A stretch of DNA of 64,000 nt from a bacterium (GCA_963633165.1 CAVGXP010000021.1:1496-65495); one strand, 5' to 3'. Shown: positions 35,915 to 45,054, numbered from the stretch's first letter. The notes: generated by a model not told the origin, from the sequence alone. Translations and numbers: made by a program.

Positions 35915-36447
35915 TTCATGGCCTCCTTGATGGATTGCTTGCTGATATTCAACGCATTGGCTCTTTTAAGGAACGTTTTCGCGTTCCCATGCCCCAAACT
36001 GAGTTTTTCTTCTACTTCCGCTCTTTTTTCTTCACTTCCCGGGCACCCAGCCAATCCTAATTCTAAGAGGTCAGAGAACGTCAAATCGCCTCTGACTGGT
36101 GAAGAGGCCGGGACAAGATGAGACAAAGCGAGAAGAACCTCGTCGCGGCTGGACTCTGCCACACCAACCTTATGATGCTTGATGGATTTTTCCTTGCGGA
36201 CGAAAGCGTGCTGGACCGACGGCACTTCTTTGGCGATGAGGTCTCTTATGCGCTTCCCCGGAGAATCAGGGTCGGTGAGAACGACGATAGACCGCGTTTT
36301 GGCGGCTTCCTTCAGAAAGTCTATTGTTTCACGTGAAACTTCAGAACCATTCGTAGTGACGACGTCGCAATCAAGGAAAGAACGCAATAAAGCCTCGTCG
36401 GAAGTTCCTTCTACGACAATTATGGATGGATAAGGAATCTTGTTCAT
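35911..36447 (-). CDS. rnmV: ribonuclease M5 (Toprim domain)
   Basis: IIVVEGTSDE and VLTDPDSPG Toprim motifs. Start set to the ATG at 36447, which overlaps the tatD stop (ATGA). Confidence 0.85.
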   Translation of the reverse strand: MNKIPYPSIIVVEGTSDEALLRSFLDCDVVTTNGSEVSRETIDFLKEAAKTRSIVVLTDPDSPGKRIRDLIAKEVPSVQHAFVRKEKSIKHHKVGVAESSRDEVLLALSHLVPASSPVRGDLTFSDLLELGLAGCPGSEEKRAEVEEKLSLGHGNAKTFLKRANALNISKQSIKEAMK

Positions 36448-37223
36448 GGTTTCACGCGAAACAATGCCTCGAAATTGCGGCACAGCGCCTCCGACATATG
36501 TTCTACCGATACGCCTCTTAATTTGGCCATTTCCTCGACGATGATGGGGATATTCTTGCTTTCGTTCTCTTTCCCTCGATACGGGACGGGCGCTAAGTAA
36601 GGAGCATCCGTTTCAACGAGTATTCTTTCTTCCAAACAAGCCTGAACGCAGCGTTTTGGCTCAACCGCATTCTTAAACGTAATCGGCCCATCAAAACCAA
36701 AGTACATCCCTAATTTAGCCAACTCCGCCATTGTCTCAACCGATCCGGAATAGCAATGGAGCACGCCTTTTCTTTTTAATGGGTGCTCTTTTAGTATCGC
36801 CAAAGTGTCTCCAAGAGCTTCCCTAGCGTGAATAGAAACCGGCAAATCCAATTCGTTGGCCAACTCGATTTGAGCGATGAACCACTCTTTTTGGTTATTC
36901 CTATCGCTTTCCTGTTTAAACCAATGGTAATCCAAGCCTATTTCCCCGATCGCGAGAACCTTGGGGTCCCTCGCTAAAGCGCGGAATTCATCCAAATCCT
37001 CTTTTTTAGCACCTTCAAGATTCTCCGGTTGATAGCCAATTGCGGCGTAGCAGCAAGGGTATTCGTTCGCGATTTCAACGGCCTTGCGGCTAGAAGGGAG
37101 ATCGTATCCGATGACTAGAAGCGTTCTTACCGAAGCTTCGAGGGCTCTTGCGATAACTTCTCCCCTTTTGGGATAAAGAGCGTCGTCGTTAAGGTGACAA
37201 TGTGAATCAAAATAGGTGGCCAT
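36444..37223 (-). CDS. tatD: TatD-family metal-dependent hydrolase/DNase
   Basis: FDSHCHL, IGEIGLDY and ETDAPYL motifs. Confidence 0.9.
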   Translation of the reverse strand: MATYFDSHCHLNDDALYPKRGEVIARALEASVRTLLVIGYDLPSSRKAVEIANEYPCCYAAIGYQPENLEGAKKEDLDEFRALARDPKVLAIGEIGLDYHWFKQESDRNNQKEWFIAQIELANELDLPVSIHAREALGDTLAILKEHPLKRKGVLHCYSGSVETMAELAKLGMYFGFDGPITFKNAVEPKRCVQACLEERILVETDAPYLAPVPYRGKENESKNIPIIVEEMAKLRGVSVEHMSEALCRNFEALFRVKP

Positions 37224-37225
37224 GG

Positions 37226-38554
37226 TTATTTCCCTACGCAGAAACGGGAGAAAATCTCCTCGCTTAGATCTTGAGTCGGCTCTTCCCCAAGCAATTTACG
37301 TGAAGCGTTGTAGGCTTCCTGCAAACTCACGGAAATCAAATCCGGGGACAGCCCTTCTTGGGCTTCCTCTTGAGCTTGCTTCAAATAGCCATCGATCTCT
37401 TTCAAAAGACCTAACTCCCTTTCGTTCCCAAAAGATGGGGTAAGGAAGCTTGATTCCCCGATGCCAAGGCAAGCGAAAAGCCTTTCCTTAAGCGCATCGA
37501 CATCGTCTTTAATCGCACAGGTATAGACCTTCTCTCCATCCTTATTATTAATAAGGTCGGATTTGTTATAGCAAACGATGAGTTTCTTTCCTTTCGCTTG
37601 TTTGATGATTTCCTCGTCTTGAGGCAATAAGCCTTTTTCACCATCCACGACGAGGACCACCACGTCAGCCTCTTCAACGACCTTCTTCGAACGTTCCACC
37701 CCAATGGACTCAATAACGTCCTTCGCTTCCCTTATCCCGGCGGTGTCTAGCAAATGGAAAGGAACTCCCTTAATGGAAATATCCCCTTCGACGACGTCTC
37801 TAGTTGTTCCTGGAATAGGAGAAACAATCGCTTTTTCCTGTTCGAGCAAAGCGTTCAAGACGCTGGATTTTCCCGCGTTTGGCAAGCCAACCAAAGCCGT
37901 CTTCACGCCCTGACGGATGACTTTCCCCTGTTCCCCTTGAGCGATAAGGGCGGAAAGGTCTTCTCTGATTTTAGTTGCCTCTTCAATGATTTTCGTAGAA
38001 TTGGCTTCCTCGATATCCGTATATTCGGGGTAATCGATATTCACTTCAAGCAAAGCCAGCAAAGAAGCGATCTTCTCCTTCAATGGGGCTACGAGCTTGC
38101 TTGTTTTGCCTTCTAAAGAAAGCAACGCCAGATTCTTGCTCTCTTTCGTCGTCGCGTTAATCAAATCATTGACGGCCTCGGCCTCAATTAAATCCATCTT
38201 CCCGGAATAGAAGGCGCGCGCGGTAAACTCCCCTCGCGTAGCGTATCTAGCCCCACGACTCAAAAAGGCCTCAACGATCTCCCCGACGATAAGCATCGAA
38301 CCATGGCAGCAAATCTCAACGACATCCTCTCCCGTCACGGAATTTGGGGAGGGGTAGGCAAGCAAAACAACCTGGTCAATCGTCTTCTCCCCATCTTTGA
38401 GATACCCAACATAGGCCGTCCGTGAGGTCGTTTGGCTAACGGGCTTGCTGAAGAGTTGATCGGCAATGGAAAAAGCACCATCCCCAGATGCTCTAATGAC
38501 GGCGAGGGCGGAATTCAATGGTGGGGTCGCTAAAGCGACGATTGGCTTATTCAT
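37226..38554 (-). CDS. mnmE: tRNA modification GTPase MnmE
   Basis: GAV..IR.SG N-terminal domain, G-domain GLPNAGKSS / DTAG / NKSD and C-terminal FCVGK. Confidence 0.95.
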   Translation of the reverse strand: MNKPIVALATPPLNSALAVIRASGDGAFSIADQLFSKPVSQTTSRTAYVGYLKDGEKTIDQVVLLAYPSPNSVTGEDVVEICCHGSMLIVGEIVEAFLSRGARYATRGEFTARAFYSGKMDLIEAEAVNDLINATTKESKNLALLSLEGKTSKLVAPLKEKIASLLALLEVNIDYPEYTDIEEANSTKIIEEATKIREDLSALIAQGEQGKVIRQGVKTALVGLPNAGKSSVLNALLEQEKAIVSPIPGTTRDVVEGDISIKGVPFHLLDTAGIREAKDVIESIGVERSKKVVEEADVVVLVVDGEKGLLPQDEEIIKQAKGKKLIVCYNKSDLINNKDGEKVYTCAIKDDVDALKERLFACLGIGESSFLTPSFGNERELGLLKEIDGYLKQAQEEAQEGLSPDLISVSLQEAYNASRKLLGEEPTQDLSEEIFSRFCVGK

Positions 38555-38590
38555 GGCAGGGAGATTATACCCGTTTTCCTTTTATATAAG

Positions 38591-38611
38591 AAAAGACGCC
38601 TTGCGGCGTCC
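38591..38611 (-). terminator. candidate intrinsic terminator between jag and mnmE
   Basis: GACGCC (38595-38600) / GGCGTC (38605-38610). On the minus strand it is followed by TTTTCTT. Confidence 0.55.
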
Positions 38612-38625
38612 TTTCATTTGTTGTC

Positions 38626-39225
38626 TTAATCAACGTAGCGGATCCAAACGGCGCGGTTGTTGCCTTCGCCGGTGGATTCGGTTTTGATGTGCTCCATGGA
38701 AGAAAGCGCGTTGTGGACGATCCTTCTTTCATCCGGGGTCATCGGGTCGAGTTGGACATCGTTATGGGAATAAACGACGCGGTTTGCTTCCCTTTTGGCG
38801 ATCCTAGCGACCTTTTCGTATTTATCCTCTTTGTAACCGCCGACGTCGAGCAGGACGCGATAACGGTGCCTGAACTTGTTGCTGACGGCCAATTTGGTCA
38901 ATTCGTTGAGCGATTGAAGGGTTCTTCCCCCACGTCCGATGAGAATGGAATTGTGGTCGGAATTGATCGTGACCTTGATGATGTCGTCCTCGATCTTGCC
39001 TTCGGCGGTGATGGTGACGCCCAAAGCAGCTAAAGCGGATTTGAGGTATTCCTGAGCAAACTCAACGGCATCCTCTTCTCCATAAACGCCGATCGTGGCG
39101 CTTTTCTTGAAGAGCCCCTTCTTCTCATCAAGAACCTTGTAGTTCAAGCGAGCGGGGTCGACGTTCAGCTCTTTGGCTGCGGAGGCGACGGCCTCCTCGA
39201 CCGTCTTAGCGGTGAATTCTTTCAT
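38626..39225 (-). CDS. khpB: RNA-binding protein Jag/KhpB (Jag-N, KH, R3H domains)
   Basis: MKEFTAKTVEEAV...LNV Jag N-terminus, IGRGGRTLQSL KH motif and R3H C-terminus. Start set to the ATG at 39225, overlapping the yidC stop. Confidence 0.85.
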   Translation of the reverse strand: MKEFTAKTVEEAVASAAKELNVDPARLNYKVLDEKKGLFKKSATIGVYGEEDAVEFAQEYLKSALAALGVTITAEGKIEDDIIKVTINSDHNSILIGRGGRTLQSLNELTKLAVSNKFRHRYRVLLDVGGYKEDKYEKVARIAKREANRVVYSHNDVQLDPMTPDERRIVHNALSSMEHIKTESTGEGNNRAVWIRYVD

Positions 39226-40997
39226 ATTTTTCCTCTTTTCTTGGCGGAACGGTTCATGACCATCTGAGAAATCAGAGTCTGCAGCATCGAGATGACGCCG
39301 CCGATCAACCAATAAATACCCATGGCTGCAGGAAGCATGAAGCCCATGAAGATCGTGAATACGAGCATAACGCCCATCATGATCTTGCCTTGCTTATTGG
39401 CATCCATAGCCGCAGGATTCTTCCCCATCTTAGCAATCTTTTTCGTTTTGGCGCTGGCGAGCCATCTTGGGAGCAACATGGCAAGCACCTGAACCCCGGC
39501 CATCAAGATGAACAGGATAAGCGCGGTCCACCAGCCTGTGGTATTGGCATACCAAGTGCCGGAAACGTTGAACAAGGTTTCGCGGATAGTGTCGGAAAGC
39601 CTCAGATTAAGCATGGAGCCGGAAGAGAGCGCAGCGCTTCCTTCCAAACCGGACCAAACGCAGATGAAGACCGGGAACTGGATGATGAGAACAAGCAACT
39701 GCCCCATCGGGTTGATTTTGTTCCTGCGGTAAAGAGCCATTTGCTCCTGGCTCATGCGGGCCTTTTCGGCTTGGTTGGTGTTGGAGTTTGGATATTTCTC
39801 CTGCAGTTTGGCAAGCTGCGGCTGCAAATTCTGCATCTTTTGCTGATCCAAGGTGTTCTTGAAGGTCGCCGCCATAAGAAGCAAGCGGACGATCAAGGTA
39901 ACGAAGACCAAGGCCAACAACTGGCTCCACCCGGCAAGGGAGGCATCCATTCCGAAGGCGAAGGTATCGACCATCCAAGAGATCGGGTAGACAAGCAAGC
40001 CTTCCAGGAAGCCTTTGCTCCAAGCGTATCCCCAATTCTTTTCGGTGATGTCGACTTCCCAGTCGCGAGCCGGACCATAATGGCCATAAGTGCCCGTGCG
40101 GGTGGCGATGCAGGTGCGGATTGTGTTGACCTTCGTCAACGTGTTGTTCTTATAAAGCGTGGTGAAGTCGCTGGTCGGAGTGCCATCCATCCCCAGCCCA
40201 TCATCGGTGGTGTTCTTGTACAAAGCGGCAGTCCAAGAATCCAAATAGCCATACATCTTCTCTTCAAGCCCGGTGAATTTGATGTAGCCGTAATGACGGA
40301 GAAGAGAATGATTGTAATCGATAGCGTGGGCCGAGGTTCCGTCGGTGTCCTGCTCAAGGTAGGGGTTGATGTACCAGGTCCCGGTTTCTTCTTCGATAGC
40401 AGAAACGGTGGCTTTATCGGTTTCATCATCTCCGGTGGCGTTAGCGATTTTGATGCTGGAAACGAAATCGGCGGACACATTGCTGAAATCGGCGATTCCA
40501 GTGTAGGCATTGGTAATCTTTCCGCTTTCATAAGCCGCTTGGGTGATGGAAGCCTTCAAGGCGTAGTCATCGATGGCGGCCCAATATTGAACGGAAGGGA
40601 GGGCGTAGCCATTAGTGGCGGCGGAGGAAAGAATCGTGCCTTGGAGCAAGCTGGCGGCTTTTTTGGCGGTGTAGCTAATGACGCCGGCGCTTCCTTCGGT
40701 GTAAGGCACGTATTTGTAGATATCGTCGTTGTCGGCGAGGGCTTTCCCGGCGACGCTAGTGTCGCCGAAAGTCATCCCCATCTGTTCGGCGATGAGGTCT
40801 TTGGTGGCTTCGTCGGTCTGCAGCTTCTCAAAGGTCGCTTTGTCGACGTAAACCGTGACGCCTTGTTCGTAGGGATAAAGCATTCTGGCTTTGTCGGAGT
40901 CAGAACAGAAGTTCTGCGTGCAGGACGAAAGCAAAGCAACGCCAAGCCCTAGCGTTGCGATCCCCAGCAGTTTCTTTTTCAAATTGTGCTTATTCAA
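39222..40997 (-). CDS. yidC: membrane protein insertase YidC, lipoprotein form with a long extracytoplasmic N-terminal domain
   Basis: Signal peptide plus lipobox LLSSC (Cys26), then about 300 aa of non-hydrophobic sequence. The YidC/Oxa1 core follows (QQKMQNLQPQLAKLQEKY..., MALYRRNKINP), then a basic C-terminal tail. Confidence 0.85.
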   Translation of the reverse strand: MNKHNLKKKLLGIATLGLGVALLSSCTQNFCSDSDKARMLYPYEQGVTVYVDKATFEKLQTDEATKDLIAEQMGMTFGDTSVAGKALADNDDIYKYVPYTEGSAGVISYTAKKAASLLQGTILSSAATNGYALPSVQYWAAIDDYALKASITQAAYESGKITNAYTGIADFSNVSADFVSSIKIANATGDDETDKATVSAIEEETGTWYINPYLEQDTDGTSAHAIDYNHSLLRHYGYIKFTGLEEKMYGYLDSWTAALYKNTTDDGLGMDGTPTSDFTTLYKNNTLTKVNTIRTCIATRTGTYGHYGPARDWEVDITEKNWGYAWSKGFLEGLLVYPISWMVDTFAFGMDASLAGWSQLLALVFVTLIVRLLLMAATFKNTLDQQKMQNLQPQLAKLQEKYPNSNTNQAEKARMSQEQMALYRRNKINPMGQLLVLIIQFPVFICVWSGLEGSAALSSGSMLNLRLSDTIRETLFNVSGTWYANTTGWWTALILFILMAGVQVLAMLLPRWLASAKTKKIAKMGKNPAAMDANKQGKIMMGVMLVFTIFMGFMLPAAMGIYWLIGGVISMLQTLISQMVMNRSAKKRGKI

Positions 40998-41331
40998 TTG
41001 CGGTGTCCTCTATTTGGGCGAGCGCTTTGACGAGCTCTTCTTCGTTGCCCTTCTTCTCTAAGGGAGAAAAGTTTGGGCGGATGACGATGATTAAGTTCAA
41101 GCGGGGTTTCCCATCGAAGTGGCGGGAGAGCATGGCCCGAACCTGTCTTTTGATTCGAACCCTCGTCACGGCATTGCCGTTCTTTTTCGAAACGGCCAGG
41201 CCGATTCTAGCGTGTTGCTGCTCCTCCGCCTTTTCGACGTAGATGGTGTAGTGTGGGGTTTTTACCTTCGCTCCGGCATGAATGATGCGATCGAATTCGC
41301 GGTGTTTCCTAACACGGTATTCTTTCTTCAT
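40990..41331 (-). CDS. rnpA: ribonuclease P protein component
   Basis: 113-aa basic protein (KNGNAVTRVRIKRQVR). Position between rpmH and yidC. Confidence 0.9.
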   Translation of the reverse strand: MKKEYRVRKHREFDRIIHAGAKVKTPHYTIYVEKAEEQQHARIGLAVSKKNGNAVTRVRIKRQVRAMLSRHFDGKPRLNLIIVIRPNFSPLEKKGNEEELVKALAQIEDTAIE

Positions 41332-41348
41332 GCTGGACAGGCCAAAAC

Positions 41349-41486
41349 TTAAGCGGAAAGACGAGCGCGGCCCTTAGCGCGGCGACGGGCCAAGACGCGG
41401 CGTCCACCGGGGGTGGACATGCGAGCGCGGAACCCGTTGACATTGATGTGCTTCCTTTTGGAAGGCTGATAAGTTTTCTTACCCAT
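41349..41486 (-). CDS. rpmH: 50S ribosomal protein L34
   Basis: Not in the ORF track (45 aa). Manual translation of the minus strand gives [54 protein letters not shown] upstream. Confidence 0.95.
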   Translation of the reverse strand: MGKKTYQPSKRKHINVNGFRARMSTPGGRRVLARRRAKGRARLSA

Positions 41487-41683
41487 AGTTTTTTCTCCTT
41501 TATGCGGTAGCGGTGACCATTATACGGAGCGAGCCCCCTTAGCACAATTGAATTTTCGCACGCGCCATAATACGCGCGCACAAAGGAAGAAATTGCCCAC
41601 AAGGTATGGGAAACAAAGCCGTGGAAAGTGGGGAGAATCCCATTTTCTATCGATTCGGGCGTCTCTTTTGCTTGATTTTGCTT

Positions 41684-41868
41684 TGTGGAAAGAAAGGCGG
41701 AATAATGCGTTTTCCACAATTTCTAAAATCAGCGGGAGTTTTCCACAATTTATCCACAATTTGATTTCGTGGAAAACTTTATAAGAGCCCGTAATCGATG
41801 CTTTTTGACCTATCTATTGTGGATAAATTAAAAACCGCTCTTATTCTAATGAATTTTGTTGTGGAAAA
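41684..41868. promoter_or_regulatory. oriC part 1: DnaA-box cluster in the rpmH-dnaA spacer
   Basis: Seven 9-mers with 0-2 mismatches to TTATCCACA. The perfect ones are at 41750-41758 and, inverted, at 41818-41826. Confidence 0.8.
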
Positions 41869-41901
41869 TGCTTTAATTTCCTTCATAAAACCTTGTTATT
41901 T

Positions 41902-43266
41902 ATGTCCGAAACCATCTCTCAACTCACAGCCATCTGGAACCGTTCGCTCAAACGCATCAAAGCCAAATTGAACGACGACCACGTCTACGACACCTTTTTC
42001 GAAGGAAGCTACATCGACTCCGTCCAAGGAGACACGATGCTCATAGCCGTCAATTCGAAGCTCGGGGTCGCGATTATGACCGATAAATACACGGATATAA
42101 TCGAGACGTGCGTGCGAGAAGAGACGTCGACGAACTACAAAGCGAAGTTCATTTCCCAAGACGAAAAGGGCGTTCCGTCCATAGAAAAAGAGGAAAAGAA
42201 ACCCGCGTTCTTCTCCCAAGCCAGGCTCGATTCGAAGTACACTTTCGACAATTTCGTCGTCGGCCCCAGCAATCGCGAAGCCTATCAGGCCGCATTGATG
42301 ATCTCTCGCAACCCCGGCGGACTATATAACCCTTTGCTCATTCATTCGCAGTCAGGGTTAGGGAAAACCCACCTTTTGCAGGCCATAGGCAACGAAATAA
42401 AGGCCATGCGCCCCACCGCCAAGGTTCTCTACATCTCCGCGGCCGATTTCGTGGACGAGTACATGAAATTCGTCCAAGGGTATAAGCAAGATCTCACCCT
42501 CACTCAATATTTCAAAACCGATGTCGACACTTTATTGATCGACGACATCCAGTTCCTCATCGGCAAAGCCAAAACGATGGAGATGTTCTTCGTCGTCTTC
42601 CAGTCTCTTTACACCCAAGGCAAGCAAATCGTCATCACTTCCGATCAGCCGCCGAGCAAACTCGACGGAATCGACGATCGTTTGAAAACGCGTTTCTCAA
42701 ACGGCCTTGTCCTGCCCATTGAAAAGCCCGACCTCTCGACTTCAAAAGCCATCTTGAGGGCCAAAATCGAGGCGAACAACCTCAACGTCGACGATTTTGA
42801 CGAGGACGTGGTGGAATTCTTGGCATCGCGGTTTTCCACAAGCGTCCGTGAGCTCGAAGGCTCCTTGAATCGCTTGCTCTTCTACACGATCAATCTCGAG
42901 CCAACCAAGCACATCACTATGGACGTGGCCAAGAAAGCCATTTCCTCGCTGATATCGGCCCAAGAAGACGTCGGAACCCTCACCGAGGAGAAAATCATCG
43001 CCACCGTCGCTAGTTACTATTCTTTGACGCCTTCTCAGATCACCGGCAAAATCCGCACCAGCCGCATCGCCATGGCCAGGCACATCTCCATGTACCTTAT
43101 CAGAACCCTGTTGGACACCCCGTTCATAAAAATCGGCCAGGTGTTCGGCGGCAAAGACCACGCCACTGTGATAAATGGTGTAAACAAAGTGGAAAAAGCG
43201 TTGAAAGAAGACCCGGACATGAAGAAGGCCGTCAACGAGCTGAAGCAAAGGCTAAAATCCAAGTGA
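41902..43266 (+). CDS. dnaA: chromosomal replication initiator protein DnaA
   Basis: AAA+ motifs (GLGKTHLLQAIGN, LLIDDIQFL) and the C-terminal DNA-binding signature (GGKDHATV). ATG at 41902 preferred over the in-frame TTG at 41893. Confidence 0.95.
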   Translation: MSETISQLTAIWNRSLKRIKAKLNDDHVYDTFFEGSYIDSVQGDTMLIAVNSKLGVAIMTDKYTDIIETCVREETSTNYKAKFISQDEKGVPSIEKEEKKPAFFSQARLDSKYTFDNFVVGPSNREAYQAALMISRNPGGLYNPLLIHSQSGLGKTHLLQAIGNEIKAMRPTAKVLYISAADFVDEYMKFVQGYKQDLTLTQYFKTDVDTLLIDDIQFLIGKAKTMEMFFVVFQSLYTQGKQIVITSDQPPSKLDGIDDRLKTRFSNGLVLPIEKPDLSTSKAILRAKIEANNLNVDDFDEDVVEFLASRFSTSVRELEGSLNRLLFYTINLEPTKHITMDVAKKAISSLISAQEDVGTLTEEKIIATVASYYSLTPSQITGKIRTSRIAMARHISMYLIRTLLDTPFIKIGQVFGGKDHATVINGVNKVEKALKEDPDMKKAVNELKQRLKSK

Positions 43267-43342
43267 TTATTTATATATTATAAATAACCGATGATGAAAC
43301 CATTGCCGCGTGGTACACTTAAAAAGGTCAACCAAAACCAAG

Positions 43343-43412
43343 TTATCCACACAATCCACAGCACTTATTATTATCATTAATAAAATTCGTTAAAGAAAAG
43401 AAATAAACAAAT
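43343..43412. promoter_or_regulatory. oriC part 2: tandem DnaA boxes, TTA-period-3 tract and AT-rich unwinding candidate in the dnaA-dnaN spacer
   Basis: TTATCCACA (43343-43351) and CAATCCACA (43352-43360), then GCAC, then TTATTATTATCATTAATA (43365-43382), then A/T-rich sequence up to the dnaN RBS. Confidence 0.7.
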
Positions 43413-43427
43413 AGGAGTAAACGAAAA

Positions 43428-44552
43428 ATGCGCTTCACCGTTTCTAAAGAACACTTCCTCAAGGCACTCAATGCCGTTAATCACGCTATCGGATCAAAAA
43501 ACCCTATCCCGGCATTATCCAACTTTAAATTGGATCTCACTGATAGAGGACTTGAAATCACGGGCTCCAATTCGGAAATAACCATTCGTTCCATCGTCCC
43601 CTACCGCAATGGGGATAACGAAATCATCCGCAACGCCGGTCAAGGCGCGAGTTTAATCAACGCGCGTTCGCTTTTAGAAGGCGTTCGCAGGATGTCCGGA
43701 AGTGAAATATCCGTTGATATCATCGATGAGACCATCGCCAAAGTCGGCGATGGCAAGACCTCCTATAAGCTCCCCTGCGTCAAAGCTGACGAATACCCCG
43801 ACATCGACCTCGAGCCCACGGGCGTCAGCCTTGATTTGAATTGCTCCGATCTTATTTCCTTAGTCGAGGCGACCGCCTTCGCCGCCTCCAATAAAGAGCA
43901 GGCCCGCCCTGTGCTCACGGCTTTGAATCTCGAAGCCGCCAACGGCGAGCTCAGCGCCGTCGCCACGGACTCCGCCCGTTTGGCGAAAAAGACCATCGCC
44001 ATTGATTCCGACGTCAAATTCCGCGCCAATATCCCGGCGAGGATCCTCGTGGACGTCACCCACCTCTTCGAAGGTTCTCAATTCGTCTCTATTTCGATTT
44101 CCGCCAACAAGGCGCTCTTCCGCTTCGTCAATACCACCGTCGCCAGCCGCCTTATCGCCGGGGATTACCCCGTCACCAAAGCCATCATTCCGCAGACCTT
44201 CAATTATTATCTTGAAGTCAACGCTTCGGAATTGCTCTCGGCCATGGGCCGCGTCTCCGTTTTGTCGGTAGATAGGGACCCTGTTGTCACCTTGACGATG
44301 CAGGAGGAGGAAGTGATCGTCTCCGCCAAAAACGACGTCGCCGGATCGGCTGAAGAAACCTTGGGCACCTGCCGTTTCTCTGGGCAAAGACTCCAAGTGA
44401 GCTTCAACTCCCTCTTCGTCAACGACGCCATCAAGGCTCTCAAAGCCGAAGACGTCACCATCTGCTTCCAAGGCGAGATGAAGCCCTTTGTCGTCCGCGA
44501 CAGCAACAATCCCTCGGTCGTTGAACTCATTACGCCGATGAGGACCTATTGA
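43428..44552 (+). CDS. dnaN: DNA polymerase III beta sliding clamp
   Basis: 374 aa with a three-domain clamp pattern (MRFTVSKEHFLKALN...). AGGAG RBS. Confidence 0.95.
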   Translation: MRFTVSKEHFLKALNAVNHAIGSKNPIPALSNFKLDLTDRGLEITGSNSEITIRSIVPYRNGDNEIIRNAGQGASLINARSLLEGVRRMSGSEISVDIIDETIAKVGDGKTSYKLPCVKADEYPDIDLEPTGVSLDLNCSDLISLVEATAFAASNKEQARPVLTALNLEAANGELSAVATDSARLAKKTIAIDSDVKFRANIPARILVDVTHLFEGSQFVSISISANKALFRFVNTTVASRLIAGDYPVTKAIIPQTFNYYLEVNASELLSAMGRVSVLSVDRDPVVTLTMQEEEVIVSAKNDVAGSAEETLGTCRFSGQRLQVSFNSLFVNDAIKALKAEDVTICFQGEMKPFVVRDSNNPSVVELITPMRTY

Positions 44553-44652
44553 GCCTAGAAAGGGGCTTAAAAGGGCAAAGAAGCCTATTCCGTGGATTTG
44601 AAAGAGAGACCTTTCGAACTTATAGACGTTTGGAAAAACAGAAAAACAACCA

Positions 44653-44681
44653 AAGCCGAACCTAAAAAGGGTCGGCTTTTT
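44653..44681 (+). terminator. intrinsic terminator after dnaN
   Basis: AGCCGAACC / GGGTCGGCT stem, followed by TTTTT. Confidence 0.7.
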
Positions 44682-44836
44682 ACGTTCTAGACGCCTGATT
44701 TAGTCCTTTTGGAGCTTCCGGAGTTAAAGGATATGCGAAAAAGGCTAAAAAAGTTGGAAAAACGATAGAAAAAACTACCTCTCTTTATTACATAGTAATA
44801 AAATACCAAGGAAGGCCCAACGGCCCAAGTTTGCAT

Positions 44837-45054
44837 ATGGAAAAAGAGAAACGCACTGTCACCATCACGACCGAGTACATCACTTTAGGCCAATTGCTTA
44901 AGTTCGCCAACATCATCCACGAAGGCGGTCAAGCGAAAGGCTTCTTGGCGGAGAACGAGGTTCTGGTTAACGGCACTCCCGATTCTAGGCGCGGCAGGAA
45001 ACTCCACCCTGGGGACAAGGTTGAAGTCGGCAAGTTCTGCGTCGAAATAGCCTC

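Noticed and set aside
39390-40952. 520-aa ORF antisense to yidC
   Set aside because: It is a shadow ORF opposite a gene with a clear lipobox and YidC core. Its product is G/R/V-rich with no recognisable domain.
44553-44836. Possible tRNA or small RNA after dnaN (a TTCGAA T-loop-like string near 44610)
   Set aside because: I could not build an acceptor or anticodon stem around it. The only convincing structure in the spacer is the dnaN terminator (44653-44681).
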